A DNA stretch of 64,000 bases from Gemmatimonadaceae bacterium (GTDB taxonomy: Bacteria > Gemmatimonadota > Gemmatimonadetes > Gemmatimonadales > Gemmatimonadaceae). Below, one piece after another: positions 10,110 to 19,060 of the stretch. Made by a program: the position numbers and the translations under genes. The stretch lies in assembly GCA_045804325.1 (NCBI GenBank), contig JBJMNJ010000035.1:423-64422 (forward strand). The letters are read 5' to 3'. Below the pieces are notes generated by a model. It worked only from the letters and a program-made list of their open reading frames with translations, was not told where the DNA came from and did no database searches. Position 1 is the stretch's first letter; each line of letters opens with the position of its first letter.

Positions 10110-12740
10110 TCACTCGCCCGCGATGACCTCCGCCGGATGGATGCGCGCCGCCCGCCGCCCGGGCAGCCAGCACGCGAGCGCCGCGACCACGAGCAGCAGC
10201 AGCGGCGCCCCGACGATCGTGGCGGGGTCCGTCGCGCTCACGTCGAAGAGCATCGCGCGCAGGAGTCGCGTGCCGTAGAGCGCGAGGAAGAGCCCCACGG
10301 CGAGGCCGGCGAGCGCGCGCGCGAGGCCGCGGCGCACGATCATCGCCACGACCGTGCGCGCGTCGGCGCCGAGCGCGATGCGGACGCCGATCTCGCGCCG
10401 CTGCTGCGCGACCGCGTACGACATCACGCCGAACACCCCGAGCGCGGCGAGCACGACCGCCGCCGCGGCGAAGCCGCCGAGGAGCCACGTGAGGCGCCGC
10501 GGGTCGGCCACGGACTCGGACAGCCGATCCTCCATCGGAGCCAGGTCGCGGAGCGGGACCTCCGGGTCGATGGAGTGGATGCTCTCCCGGACGGCCGCGA
10601 TGAGGCTGGCGGGCGCGGTCGCCGTCCGCACCACCAGGAACATCGACGAGAAGCCGGCGCCCCGCACCGGCTGGTAGACCGCGTCCGCGTCGTTGGCGAG
10701 CCCGAGGTACTTCACGTCGCCCACGATCCCCACGACGGTCGTCGGCGGGCACTCGCGACAGCCGCCGGAGTACATCCGCTTGCCGATCGGCGTCTCGTTC
10801 GGGAAGAAGCGCCGGGCCCACGTGCGGCTCACGAGGGCGACCGGGGGCGCGTCGGCGTCGTCGCGCGGCCCGAACGCCCGACCCTCCAGCAGGGGAATGC
10901 CGAGCGCGGGGAACAGCTCGGGCGTGACCATCGCCCACGGGGCGACCGGCTCCGCGACGCCCGGCTCGACGGGGCGGTCGAGCAGGTCGAAGTTGTTGAC
11001 GTCGCCGCCGTTGTCGGGCGGCAGCGTGCTCGTGAGCCCCACCTCGATCACGCCCGGGATCCGCCGGACGCGGCGCTGCGCCTCCTCCCAGAAGCGCTCC
11101 ATCGCGGCCGCGTCGCCGTAGGCGGTCGTGGGCAGCGTGATCTGCGCCGCGAGCAGGTTCCGCGCGTCGAAGCCGGGGTCCACGCGCTGGAGGCGCAGGA
11201 ACGACTGGAGCAGCAGGCCCGCCCCCACGAGCAGCGGCACCGCGAGCGCGAACTCGGACGCGACGAGCGCGCCCTGGAAGACGCGCGCGCCGCGCGTGGC
11301 GCCCGTGCGCCGGTCGCCGCTCCGCATGGTCGCCCCCAGCGACCGCGACACGCCGAACGCCAGCGGGTAGAGACCCACGAGCAGGCCGCTCGCGAGCGCC
11401 GCCCCGAGCGTGAACAGCAGCACGCGCACGTCGAGATGCGCCTCGTCGAGGCGCGGCAGCTGCGGGCCGGCCTTGTTGAGCGCCGCGAGCCCCAGCACCG
11501 CCACCGCGACGCCGCCGACGCCGCCGACGGCGCCGAGCACGAGGCTCTCGGTGAGCAGCATGCGCGCGAGGCGCGAGCGCCCGGCGCCGAGCGCGGTGCG
11601 CACCGCCATCTCGCGCGCGCGGCCCAGGGCGCGCACGAGCACGAGGTTGGCGACGTTGGCGATCGCGATGAGGAGCACGAGCGCGACGCCCGCCGCGAGC
11701 ACGGCCAGCGCGCGCGACGCGTTGCCGACGATCGCGTCCCGGAGCGGCATCGGCGCGAGGCGCGCCGCCTTCCCCTGGAAGCTGGTCTGCCAGATGGGGA
11801 AGATGCGTACGCTGATCGCGGCGAGGTCGCGAGCCGCGGCGTCGAGCGTGACGCCCTCGCGCAGGCGCGCGACCGCCGCGGACCCGAACGGCCCGCGGCG
11901 CGTCGGCGTGGCCGGCTGGAGGATCGGCCACACCTCCGCCCGCAGCCCCGCGTGCCGCTGCTCCCCGCCCGGCAGCACGCCGACGACGGTGTGCGCCACG
12001 CGGTCGAGGACGAGCGTGCGACCGATCGGGTCGCCCTCGCCGAAGTGCCGGCGCCAGAAGCCCTCGCTCACGACGACGACGGGCGGCGCGCCCGGCGCGT
12101 CGTCCCCCTTCTGGAAGCCCCGCCCGCGCGCGAGGGTCACGCCGAGCGTCCGGAAGAAGTCGGCCGTCACGCGCCCCGTCGACACCCACTCGGCCCGCCC
12201 GCCGATGGAGGCGGCCGCCCCGCCGCCGCGGTACAGCGCCGCCGACTCGAAGCTGCGCTGCTGGTCGCGGATCGCGAGCCAGTCGACGACCGAGATCCCG
12301 CCGCGGTTCCTCGGGGAGAACTGCATGTGCACCCGGACGAGGCGCTCCGGGGCCGGGTACGGCAGCGGAGCGAGGAGCACGGCGTGCACCGCGCTGAACA
12401 CCGCCGACGTCGCGCCGATGCCGAGCGCGAGCGTGAGCGCCGCGGTCAGCGCGAAGCCGGGGCTCCGTCGCAGACCGCGGAGGGCGTAGCGGACGTCCGC
12501 CCCCAGGTCGTCGAGCGCGCGCCCGCCGCGGGCGTCCCGCGCCTCCTCCTTGAACCGCTCGACGCCGCCGAAGTCGCGGAGCGCCGCCGCGCGCGCCGCC
12601 TCGGGCGGCATCCCGGCGCGCACGCGCTCCTCGGCCTCGAGCTCGAGGTGGAGGCGCATCTCGTCGTCCATCTCGCGCTCCACGCTCCCCCGGTCGAGCC
12701 ACACGCGCAGCCGCCTGCCGATGCGTTCGATCCCGCGCAT
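10110..12740 (-). CDS. ADOP-type (TIGR03434-like) MacB/FtsX duplicated orphan permease
   Basis: 876-aa ORF. N-terminal extension EREMDDEMRLHLELEAEERVRAGMPPEAARAAALRDFGGVERFKEE, then DVRYALRGLRRSPGFALTAALTLALGIGA, and two FtsX modules. ATG at 12740 with GGAGG upstream. Confidence 0.9.
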   Translation of the reverse strand: MRGIERIGRRLRVWLDRGSVEREMDDEMRLHLELEAEERVRAGMPPEAARAAALRDFGGVERFKEEARDARGGRALDDLGADVRYALRGLRRSPGFALTAALTLALGIGATSAVFSAVHAVLLAPLPYPAPERLVRVHMQFSPRNRGGISVVDWLAIRDQQRSFESAALYRGGGAAASIGGRAEWVSTGRVTADFFRTLGVTLARGRGFQKGDDAPGAPPVVVVSEGFWRRHFGEGDPIGRTLVLDRVAHTVVGVLPGGEQRHAGLRAEVWPILQPATPTRRGPFGSAAVARLREGVTLDAAARDLAAISVRIFPIWQTSFQGKAARLAPMPLRDAIVGNASRALAVLAAGVALVLLIAIANVANLVLVRALGRAREMAVRTALGAGRSRLARMLLTESLVLGAVGGVGGVAVAVLGLAALNKAGPQLPRLDEAHLDVRVLLFTLGAALASGLLVGLYPLAFGVSRSLGATMRSGDRRTGATRGARVFQGALVASEFALAVPLLVGAGLLLQSFLRLQRVDPGFDARNLLAAQITLPTTAYGDAAAMERFWEEAQRRVRRIPGVIEVGLTSTLPPDNGGDVNNFDLLDRPVEPGVAEPVAPWAMVTPELFPALGIPLLEGRAFGPRDDADAPPVALVSRTWARRFFPNETPIGKRMYSGGCRECPPTTVVGIVGDVKYLGLANDADAVYQPVRGAGFSSMFLVVRTATAPASLIAAVRESIHSIDPEVPLRDLAPMEDRLSESVADPRRLTWLLGGFAAAAVVLAALGVFGVMSYAVAQQRREIGVRIALGADARTVVAMIVRRGLARALAGLAVGLFLALYGTRLLRAMLFDVSATDPATIVGAPLLLLVVAALACWLPGRRAARIHPAEVIAGE

Positions 12741-12769
12741 CCCTGCCTCCGGCGTGATACCTAGATGTT

Positions 12770-12882
12770 CGACAACAAGGTTCCGTCACGGTGCGTCGTG
12801 AGGCGACGCCTGTCAAGCCTCGTCCGGTAGACGCGGCCGGCCGCCGGAGGGTTGGGCGGTTGCCTTGACGTCCGACAACAAG
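12770..12882. promoter_or_regulatory. divergent promoter region with a 10-bp direct repeat CGACAACAAG (two copies)
   Basis: CGACAACAAG occurs at 12770-12779 and 12873-12882, in the 190-bp gap between the permease (start 12740, minus strand) and the PadR gene (start 12931, plus strand). TTGACG sits at 12865-12870. Confidence 0.3.
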
Positions 12883-12930
12883 CACCGCATCGTCCGGGCG
12901 ACGAGAGACGTCTCCACACAGGGCCCCGCC

Positions 12931-13260
12931 ATGCGCGACCGCACCGACCTGCTCCAGGGCACCCTCGACCTGCTCGTGCTGAAGAGCCTGAGCCTCGCGC
13001 CGCTGCACGGCTGGGGGATCTCGAAGCGCATCCGCCAGCTCTCGCGCGACGCCCTCCAGGTGAACCAGGGCTCGCTCTACCCCGCGCTCTACCGCCTCGA
13101 GGACCGCGGGCTGATCCGCGCCGCCTGGGGGGTGAGCCCCGAGGGGCGTCGCGCGAAGTTCTACTCGCTCACCGCCGCCGGCCGGCGGCAGCTCGAGGAG
13201 GAGCGCGCGCAGTGGCGCGACTTCGCCGCCGCGATGGAGCTCGTCCTCCAGGGCGCGTGA
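12931..13260 (+). CDS. PadR-family transcriptional regulator
   Basis: Frame of ORF 12865..13260, trimmed to ATG 12931. [34 protein letters not shown]...QGSLYPALYRLEDRGLI...KFYSLTAAG is a textbook PadR winged helix. Confidence 0.85.
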   Translation: MRDRTDLLQGTLDLLVLKSLSLAPLHGWGISKRIRQLSRDALQVNQGSLYPALYRLEDRGLIRAAWGVSPEGRRAKFYSLTAAGRRQLEEERAQWRDFAAAMELVLQGA

Positions 13261-14213
13261 GCGGGGCGATCGGGGCGGCGCACTGGCTGCACCTCGTCGA
13301 CGCGACGGCGGCGGCGCGCGCCGCCGCGGCGTTCGGCGCGGACCCCGACAGCGCCCGGGTCGTCGGCGCCTCGGAGAACGTCGTGGTCCGCGCCGCCGTG
13401 GGGCACGAGACGATCTTCGTGCGGCTGTCGCACCCGAAGCACCGGGACGAGGCGCAGCTCCGCGCGGAGATCGACTTCGTCTCGTACCTCGCGGACCGCG
13501 GCCTCCCGGTCGCGCGACCGCGCCCCGCCCCGGGCGGCCAGCACCTCGTGGCGGTCCCGCTCGCCGGCGTCGACACGCACGCCGCGGCGTTCGACGAGGC
13601 GCCGGGACGCGAGATCCCCGCGCGGCCGCCGCCCGACGCGGCGCACTTCCGGGCGCGCGGCCACTTCCTCGGCGCGCTGCACACCGCGGCGCGGGCCTAC
13701 CGCGCGCCCGGCCCGGAGCGGCTGCACTGGCACGAGGAGCACGCGTGGGCACTCGCTTCAGGCATCCTCGAGACGGAGCCGCCCGAGGTACGGCGCGAGC
13801 ACGATGCGCTGCGCGACGCGCTGGCAGCGCTTCCGACGGGGCGCGACCAGTACGGCCTGGTGCACGGGGACTTCGGCGCGAGCAACCTGCGCCTCGACGG
13901 AGCGCGGCTGCACGTGTTCGACTTCGACGACTGCTGCCGGCACTGGTTCGTCTACGACGTCGCCGTGACCATGTACCCGCACGCAGCACGTCCGGACCGC
14001 CGCGCCCTGCTCGACGCCCTGCGCGCGGGCTACGCGGCGACGAGCGGGGTCGGCGCGCCCTCGCCCGACGCGGTGGGCCTCTTCGGTCGGGTGCGCCTGC
14101 TGTTCCTGTACCTGCACCGCCGCGCGCGGCTGGCGGGCCGGCCGCCGGCCGCGGAGGAGGCGGCGTGGTTCGCGGCGCGCCGCGCGACGATGCGCTCGCC
14201 GGTCGCGTGGTGA
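13257..14213 (+). CDS. aminoglycoside-phosphotransferase (APH)-fold kinase family protein
   Basis: Frame of ORF 12852..14213. GTG at 13257 overlaps the PadR stop (GTGA). Catalytic-loop-like LVHGDFGASNLRL and VFDFDDC motifs are typical of APH / choline / homoserine-kinase-II-like kinases. Confidence 0.7.
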   Translation: MSGAIGAAHWLHLVDATAAARAAAAFGADPDSARVVGASENVVVRAAVGHETIFVRLSHPKHRDEAQLRAEIDFVSYLADRGLPVARPRPAPGGQHLVAVPLAGVDTHAAAFDEAPGREIPARPPPDAAHFRARGHFLGALHTAARAYRAPGPERLHWHEEHAWALASGILETEPPEVRREHDALRDALAALPTGRDQYGLVHGDFGASNLRLDGARLHVFDFDDCCRHWFVYDVAVTMYPHAARPDRRALLDALRAGYAATSGVGAPSPDAVGLFGRVRLLFLYLHRRARLAGRPPAAEEAAWFAARRATMRSPVAW

Positions 14214-14244
14214 CCGGCCGCGCCGCGCTCCGGGGACGGCGACC

Positions 14245-14287
14245 TTGACCTGCCGGCGGTGAGGCGGTATAGGTAGTTCAACTACCT
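14245..14287 (+). promoter_or_regulatory. sigma70-like promoter with overlapping palindromic operator upstream of PadR
   Basis: TTGACC (14245-14250), 17 nt, then TATAGG (14268-14273). A perfect palindrome AGGTAGTT-c-AACTACCT at 14271-14287 lies 16 nt before ATG 14303. Confidence 0.45.
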
Positions 14288-14302
14288 GTATCCCTACTGC
14301 CT

Positions 14303-14647
14303 ATGAGCCCCGACCCCGCCCGCGGCGACCTCGCCCCCGGGATGCTCGAGCTCCTGATCCTCCGCACGCTCTCCGTGCAGACGATGCACGGCTACGCCAT
14401 CGCGCAGCAGATCGAGCGACTCTCCGAGGACGTCTTCCGCGTCGAGCAGGGCTCGCTCTACCCGGCGCTCGAGCGGCTCCAGCGGAAGGGCTGGGTGACC
14501 TCCGAGTGGAAGGAGACGCCCACGAAGCGGCGCGCGCGCTATTACACCATCACCCGCGCCGGCCACGAGCAGCTCGGCGAGGCGCTCACGCGCTTCGAGC
14601 GCACCACCCTCGCCATCGCCCGCGTCCTCCGCGGCGCGGGCGGCTGA
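14303..14647 (+). CDS. PadR-family transcriptional regulator
   Basis: 114-aa ORF. LELLILRTLSVQTMHGYAIAQQIERLSEDVFRVEQGSLYPALERLQRKGWV...RYYTITRAG. Confidence 0.9.
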   Translation: MSPDPARGDLAPGMLELLILRTLSVQTMHGYAIAQQIERLSEDVFRVEQGSLYPALERLQRKGWVTSEWKETPTKRRARYYTITRAGHEQLGEALTRFERTTLAIARVLRGAGG

Positions 14648-14661
14648 GCGCGGGGCGGCCC

Positions 14662-17340
14662 GTGTCCCGCCTGCTCGCCCTGCGCCACCGCCTGCGCGCC
14701 CTGCTGCGCCCCGGCGCGCACGCGCGCGAGCTCGCCGAGGAGCTCCGCTTCCACGAGGAGCTCGACGCCATGCACCGGCGTCACGCCGGCGCGAGCGCGG
14801 ACGCCGCGCGCCTCGCCGCCCGGCGCCGGCTCGGCAACGCCACCCGCATCACCGAGGAGGTCCGCGAGATGTCCGCGCGCCACCGGCTCGACGAGCTCCA
14901 GCAGGACCTGCGCTACGCCGCGCGCACGCTCCGCCGCGCCCCGGGCTTCACCGTGGGCGCCGTGCTCACCCTCGGCCTCGGGATCGGCGCGGCCGCGGCG
15001 ATGTTCACGGTGGTGGACGCGGTGCTCCTCCGCGCCCTCCCCTACGCCGACCCCGAGCGGCTCGTCGCGGTATGGACCGCCGGCACGTCGGGGGGCGAGC
15101 CGATGACCTCGTCCCCGCCCGACTTCCGCGAGCTCGCGGCCGCGCGGCGGACCTTTTCGGGCATGGCGGCTCACTACACCGTCGAGGTGAACGTCGCGGG
15201 CGGCGGGGAGCCCGAGCGCGTGAGCGGCGCGCGCGTGAGCCCCTCGCTCTTCGACGTGCTCGGCGTCGCCCCGTCGCTCGGGCGTGCCTTCGCCGAGGTG
15301 GAGGGCGACTGGGGACGGCACCGCGTCGCCGTGATCTCCGACGGCCTCTGGCGCCGCCGCTTCGGCGCCGACCCGCGAGTCATCGGCCGCACCATCACCC
15401 TCGACCGCGAGCCACACGTCGTGGTCGGCGTCGCGCCCCGCGCGCTCGCATTCCCCGCGCGGGGCCTGGACGTCTGGCTTCCGATCGCCTTCGCGCCCGG
15501 CGACCACTCGAACACGCGCGGCAACTACTTCCTGCAGATCGTCGCGCGCCTGCGCGGCGGCGCCTCGGCGGCCGGCGCCGCCGCGGAGCTCCGGCCCATC
15601 GCGCGGCGCGTGGCGGCGGAGCACGCCGACGCCGTGATGAAGGACGTCGTCGTGCGGCCGCTCCGCTCGGACGTCGTGGGAGGCGCCGCACGACCCCTCC
15701 TCGTGCTCGGCGGCGCCATCGCGCTCGTGCTGCTCGTCTCCTGCGCCAACGTCGCCGCGCTCGTGCTCGCACGCGGCTCGGCGCGCCGAGCGGAGATCGC
15801 CCTCCGCGCGGGGCTCGGCGCCAGCCGCGCGCGCATCGTCCGCCAGCTCATGACCGAGAGCCTCGTCCTCGGCGCGCTCGCCGGGGTGCTCGGCACCGCG
15901 CTCGCCGCGGCGGGGGTGCTGCTCGCCGTCCGCCACGCGCCGCCCGACCTCCCGCGCCTGCAGGAGGTTGCGGTAGGCGCGCGCACACTCACCGTGTGCG
16001 CCGCGCTCGCGCTCGCGACCACGGTCCTGTTCGGGCTCGTGCCGGCGCTCCGCCTCGCGCGCGCCGGGGTGGCCGACGCGCTGCGCGAGCGCACGCGCAC
16101 CGCGACCGGGCGCGCCGGGTACCGCGGGTACGCCGCGCTGGTCGCCGCACAGATGGCGCTGTCGGTGGTGCTCCTCGCCGGGGCCGGCCTCCTCCTGCGG
16201 AGCTTCGCGCGGGTCATGGCGGTGGACCCCGGCTTCCGCGCCGAGCGCGTGCTCTCGATGGCGGTGGCGCTCCCGGAGGGGGCGTACCCGACGGCCGAGC
16301 GCACGGCGCAGTTCCTCGACGCGGTGCTCGAGCGCGCGCGGGCGCTCCCCGGCGTGCGCGCCGCGGCGGCCACGTCGGGGTTGTCGTTGGGCGGCGGGTG
16401 GTGGGGCAAGATGCTCAGCGTGGCGGGGCGCCCTGCCCCGCGGACGATGGGCGAGGTCCCGTCCGTGGGATACCGCGTGGTGAGCCGCGACTACTTCGCG
16501 ACGCTGGGCGTCGCGCTGCGCAGTGGACGGACGTTCGGGCCCGACGACCGCCGCGGCGGCCCGGGCGTCGCCGTCATCAACGAGACGGCAGCGCGCAGGT
16601 TCTGGGGCGGCGAGAGCCCGCTCGGGAAGACGATCTGGCTCGGGCCGCCGGAGGCGATGGTCAGCGGACACGTCCCCGGCGGCTACCACTTCCCGCGCCT
16701 CGAGGTCGTCGGCGTCGTGGGCGACGAGCGCTTCTCCGCGCTCGACGAGCCGCCCGTGGCCGAGGTGTATCAGCTCTACGAGCAGGTGACGGAGACGGCC
16801 TCCGTCATGTACCTCGCCGTGCGCGCCGACGGTGACCCCGCTGCCCTCGCGGCGTCGGTGCGCGCGGCCGTCCGCGCCGTGGATCCGCTGCAGCCCGTCG
16901 CGGACGTCGCGACCATGAGCGCGCGCCTCGAGCGCGCCACGGGCGCGCGCCGCTTCACGCTCGGGTTACTCGGCGGCTTCGCCGCGCTGGCGCTCGGGCT
17001 CGCGGCCGTGGGGCTGTACGGGGTGATCGCGTACACCGTGGCGGAGCGTCGGCGCGAGCTCGCCGTGCGGCTCGCGCTGGGGGATACGGCGGCGGGGGTC
17101 GTCAGGCTCGTCGTGGGGCGCGCCATGCGTCCGGTGGTCCTCGGCGTGGCGGCGGGAGTGGCGCCGGCACTCGCGCTCGCCGGAGTCGTGCGCGCGCTGC
17201 TCTACGGCGTGTCGCCCACCGACCCCGCGGCGTTCGCCGGAGCGGTCGTCACGCTGCTCGCCGCGGCGCTCGCCGCGAGTGCGCTGCCCGCGTGGCGCGC
17301 CTCGCGCCTGGGGCTCGCGGAGACGCTGCGCGGCGAGTAG
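14662..17340 (+). CDS. ADOP-type MacB/FtsX duplicated orphan permease
   Basis: Frame of ORF 14506..17340, trimmed to GTG 14662, which is 15 nt after the PadR stop. N-terminal extension ELRFHEELDAMHRRH...RRLGNATRITEEVREM, then LRYAARTLRRAPGFTVGAVLTLGLGIGA, and two FtsX modules. Confidence 0.9.
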   Translation: MSRLLALRHRLRALLRPGAHARELAEELRFHEELDAMHRRHAGASADAARLAARRRLGNATRITEEVREMSARHRLDELQQDLRYAARTLRRAPGFTVGAVLTLGLGIGAAAAMFTVVDAVLLRALPYADPERLVAVWTAGTSGGEPMTSSPPDFRELAAARRTFSGMAAHYTVEVNVAGGGEPERVSGARVSPSLFDVLGVAPSLGRAFAEVEGDWGRHRVAVISDGLWRRRFGADPRVIGRTITLDREPHVVVGVAPRALAFPARGLDVWLPIAFAPGDHSNTRGNYFLQIVARLRGGASAAGAAAELRPIARRVAAEHADAVMKDVVVRPLRSDVVGGAARPLLVLGGAIALVLLVSCANVAALVLARGSARRAEIALRAGLGASRARIVRQLMTESLVLGALAGVLGTALAAAGVLLAVRHAPPDLPRLQEVAVGARTLTVCAALALATTVLFGLVPALRLARAGVADALRERTRTATGRAGYRGYAALVAAQMALSVVLLAGAGLLLRSFARVMAVDPGFRAERVLSMAVALPEGAYPTAERTAQFLDAVLERARALPGVRAAAATSGLSLGGGWWGKMLSVAGRPAPRTMGEVPSVGYRVVSRDYFATLGVALRSGRTFGPDDRRGGPGVAVINETAARRFWGGESPLGKTIWLGPPEAMVSGHVPGGYHFPRLEVVGVVGDERFSALDEPPVAEVYQLYEQVTETASVMYLAVRADGDPAALAASVRAAVRAVDPLQPVADVATMSARLERATGARRFTLGLLGGFAALALGLAAVGLYGVIAYTVAERRRELAVRLALGDTAAGVVRLVVGRAMRPVVLGVAAGVAPALALAGVVRALLYGVSPTDPAAFAGAVVTLLAAALAASALPAWRASRLGLAETLRGE

Positions 17341-17349
17341 CGGCCTCGC

Positions 17350-18090
17350 TCACGCCGCCGATGCCGCGGCCGTCGGCGCGGAGCCGCCGTTCTCCTCGCC
17401 GAGCACGCCGTACCCCACGACGCCCGCGCTCGCGTCGATGAGCGCGTGGATGACCATCGCGGGCAGGAGCCAGCCCGTGCCGAGCACCACGAGGCCGAGC
17501 ACGAGCGCGACGGCGCCCGCCTTCAGCGCGCCCGCGGGCCCCTGGTACGAGTGCCCGACGGCGAAGAGCACGGCCTGCGCGACGAGCGCGCCCGCGGTGC
17601 CGAGGTACGCGCTCAGGATCCAGAAGAGGAAGCCGCGGTAGAGCAGCTCCTCGCACACGCCGGCGGTGACCGAGACGGCGGTGAACCACCGGAGCTCGCT
17701 GCGCGTGTGCGGGAGGATGAACTCGACGCCCGCGAGGCGCGGCCGCAGGGCCCCCGCCTGCTCGGCGGAGAGCCGCCGGACGGCGCGCGCCTGCCGCACG
17801 GAGAGCGCGACGAGGGCGGCCGCGAGCGCGGCCCCGAGCGCGAGGCGCCACCCGCCCTGCGGCACGACGCCGAGCGCGCGCCAGGCGCGGCCCTGCCACG
17901 CCCACAGGGCGAGCGCGGCGGCGGCGGCCGTCCATTGCAGGAGCATCACCCGACGGTAGGCGTTGCGCCGCGCGTCGGGCTTCCCGGCCGCCACCGCCGC
18001 GCGGAAGCGGGGAAAGAAGACGAAGGTCTCGAACGCGGTGGCGGCGACGGCGAAGAGGAAGACGAACGCGATGTCGGCGGCGGACGGCAT
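17350..18090 (-). CDS. CPBP-family (CAAX/Abi) intramembrane glutamic protease
   Basis: 246-aa polytopic ORF with the CPBP motifs EELLYRGFLF, FAVGH and HALIDA. Confidence 0.8.
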   Translation of the reverse strand: MPSAADIAFVFLFAVAATAFETFVFFPRFRAAVAAGKPDARRNAYRRVMLLQWTAAAAALALWAWQGRAWRALGVVPQGGWRLALGAALAAALVALSVRQARAVRRLSAEQAGALRPRLAGVEFILPHTRSELRWFTAVSVTAGVCEELLYRGFLFWILSAYLGTAGALVAQAVLFAVGHSYQGPAGALKAGAVALVLGLVVLGTGWLLPAMVIHALIDASAGVVGYGVLGEENGGSAPTAAASAA

Positions 18091-18133
18091 GGGCGAGGGG
18101 CTCCGGCGGGGGAACGGCGGGCGGCGGGGCCGC

Positions 18134-18159
18134 CATTGTTCAAATAGTATTGAATAATG
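18134..18159. promoter_or_regulatory. candidate ArsR/SmtB-type 12-2-12 operator
   Basis: cattgttcaaat-ag-tattgaataatg; the arms match as an inverted repeat at 9 of 12 positions. It is an AT-rich island in the 112-bp divergent gap between the CPBP protease and ArsR genes. Confidence 0.45.
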
Positions 18160-18202
18160 CGCGGTCGCTTGTCAATACGGCGCCCCGCCGCTACCCTCGG
18201 GC

Positions 18203-18859
18203 ATGCCACGGAAGCCCCGCGCCGCCGGCGCGCCGCCCCTCGCGCCGAGCGTCGCCGAGCTGCGGGCGCTCGCGCACCCGCTGCGCATCCGCCTGCTCGA
18301 GCTGTTCGCCGAGGGGCCGCGCACGACGAAGCAGGTGGCGGAGCTCCTCGGCGAGCCGCCGACGCGGCTGTACCACCACATCGCCGCGCTGGAGCGCGCC
18401 GGGCTGCTGGAGCTGCGCGAGACGCGGAAGGTGCGCGGCACCACCGAGCGCTGGTACGCCGCGGTGGCGCGCGCGTACGGGTCCGGCGCCGGCGGCGAGG
18501 CGGCGGCCCTTGGCGACCGCGGCCCGGGGCGGGGCGGGCGGAAGCGCGGGCCCGCGTCGAAGGCGGCGCACGCGGTCGCCCAGACGGTCGTGGAGCAGGC
18601 GCGGCGTGAGCTCGCCGCCGTTGCGGCGCGCGGGAGCGGGGAGCGCTCGGCGGACGACGCGCCCCTCGTCGCGCGCCTCGTGGTGAACGTCCCGCCCGAG
18701 CGCATCCCCGAGCTGCGCCAGCGGATCTACGCCGCGGCGCGCGACGTCCTGCGCGAGCTCGCGCCGCACGACGAGGCCGCCGAGGGCGACGGGCGCGCGC
18801 GCTGGGCGCTCACCCTCGCGCTCGCGCCGGTCTGGCCGCGCGGGAACGCCGCGCGCTAG
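18203..18859 (+). CDS. ArsR-family winged-helix transcriptional regulator with C-terminal extension
   Basis: 218-aa ORF. LRALAHPLRIRLLELFAEGPRTTKQVAELLGEPPTRLYHHIAALERAGLLE is a typical ArsR HTH. Confidence 0.8.
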   Translation: MPRKPRAAGAPPLAPSVAELRALAHPLRIRLLELFAEGPRTTKQVAELLGEPPTRLYHHIAALERAGLLELRETRKVRGTTERWYAAVARAYGSGAGGEAAALGDRGPGRGGRKRGPASKAAHAVAQTVVEQARRELAAVAARGSGERSADDAPLVARLVVNVPPERIPELRQRIYAAARDVLRELAPHDEAAEGDGRARWALTLALAPVWPRGNAAR

Positions 18860-18877
18860 GCGCGCGCTGGGCGCGCG

Positions 18878-19060
18878 CTAGCCGCGCGCCTCCCGTCGTA
18901 CCGATCCCGGTTCGGCGTCCCCCGACGTCATCGGCGCGCCTCCGACGCGCCGCTTCCGCCGCCGGTGCCCGGAGGTCGCCGCGAGCACGCCGAGCAGCGT
19001 GAGGACGACCGACCCGACTCCGAGGATCGCCAGCAGCGCGGTCTTCAGCCCGACGTCCAT
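18878..19060 (-). CDS. 60-aa single-pass membrane peptide (hypothetical)
   Basis: ATG at 19060 is preceded by GGAGGGAG 7 nt upstream. MDVGLKTALLAILGVGSVVLTLLGVLAATSGHRRRKRR... with high GC3. Overlaps the end of the upstream ORF by 16 nt. Confidence 0.45.
   Translation of the reverse strand: MDVGLKTALLAILGVGSVVLTLLGVLAATSGHRRRKRRVGGAPMTSGDAEPGSVRREARG

Noticed and set aside
16960-16970. A general TTA-codon (bldA-like) regulatory signal, since rare TTA codons occur in several genes.
   Set aside because: There are too few instances to judge from one window. Most of the TTA codons I saw are explained by the CGTTAGGC word, which is reported separately, and the one at 16966 is not.
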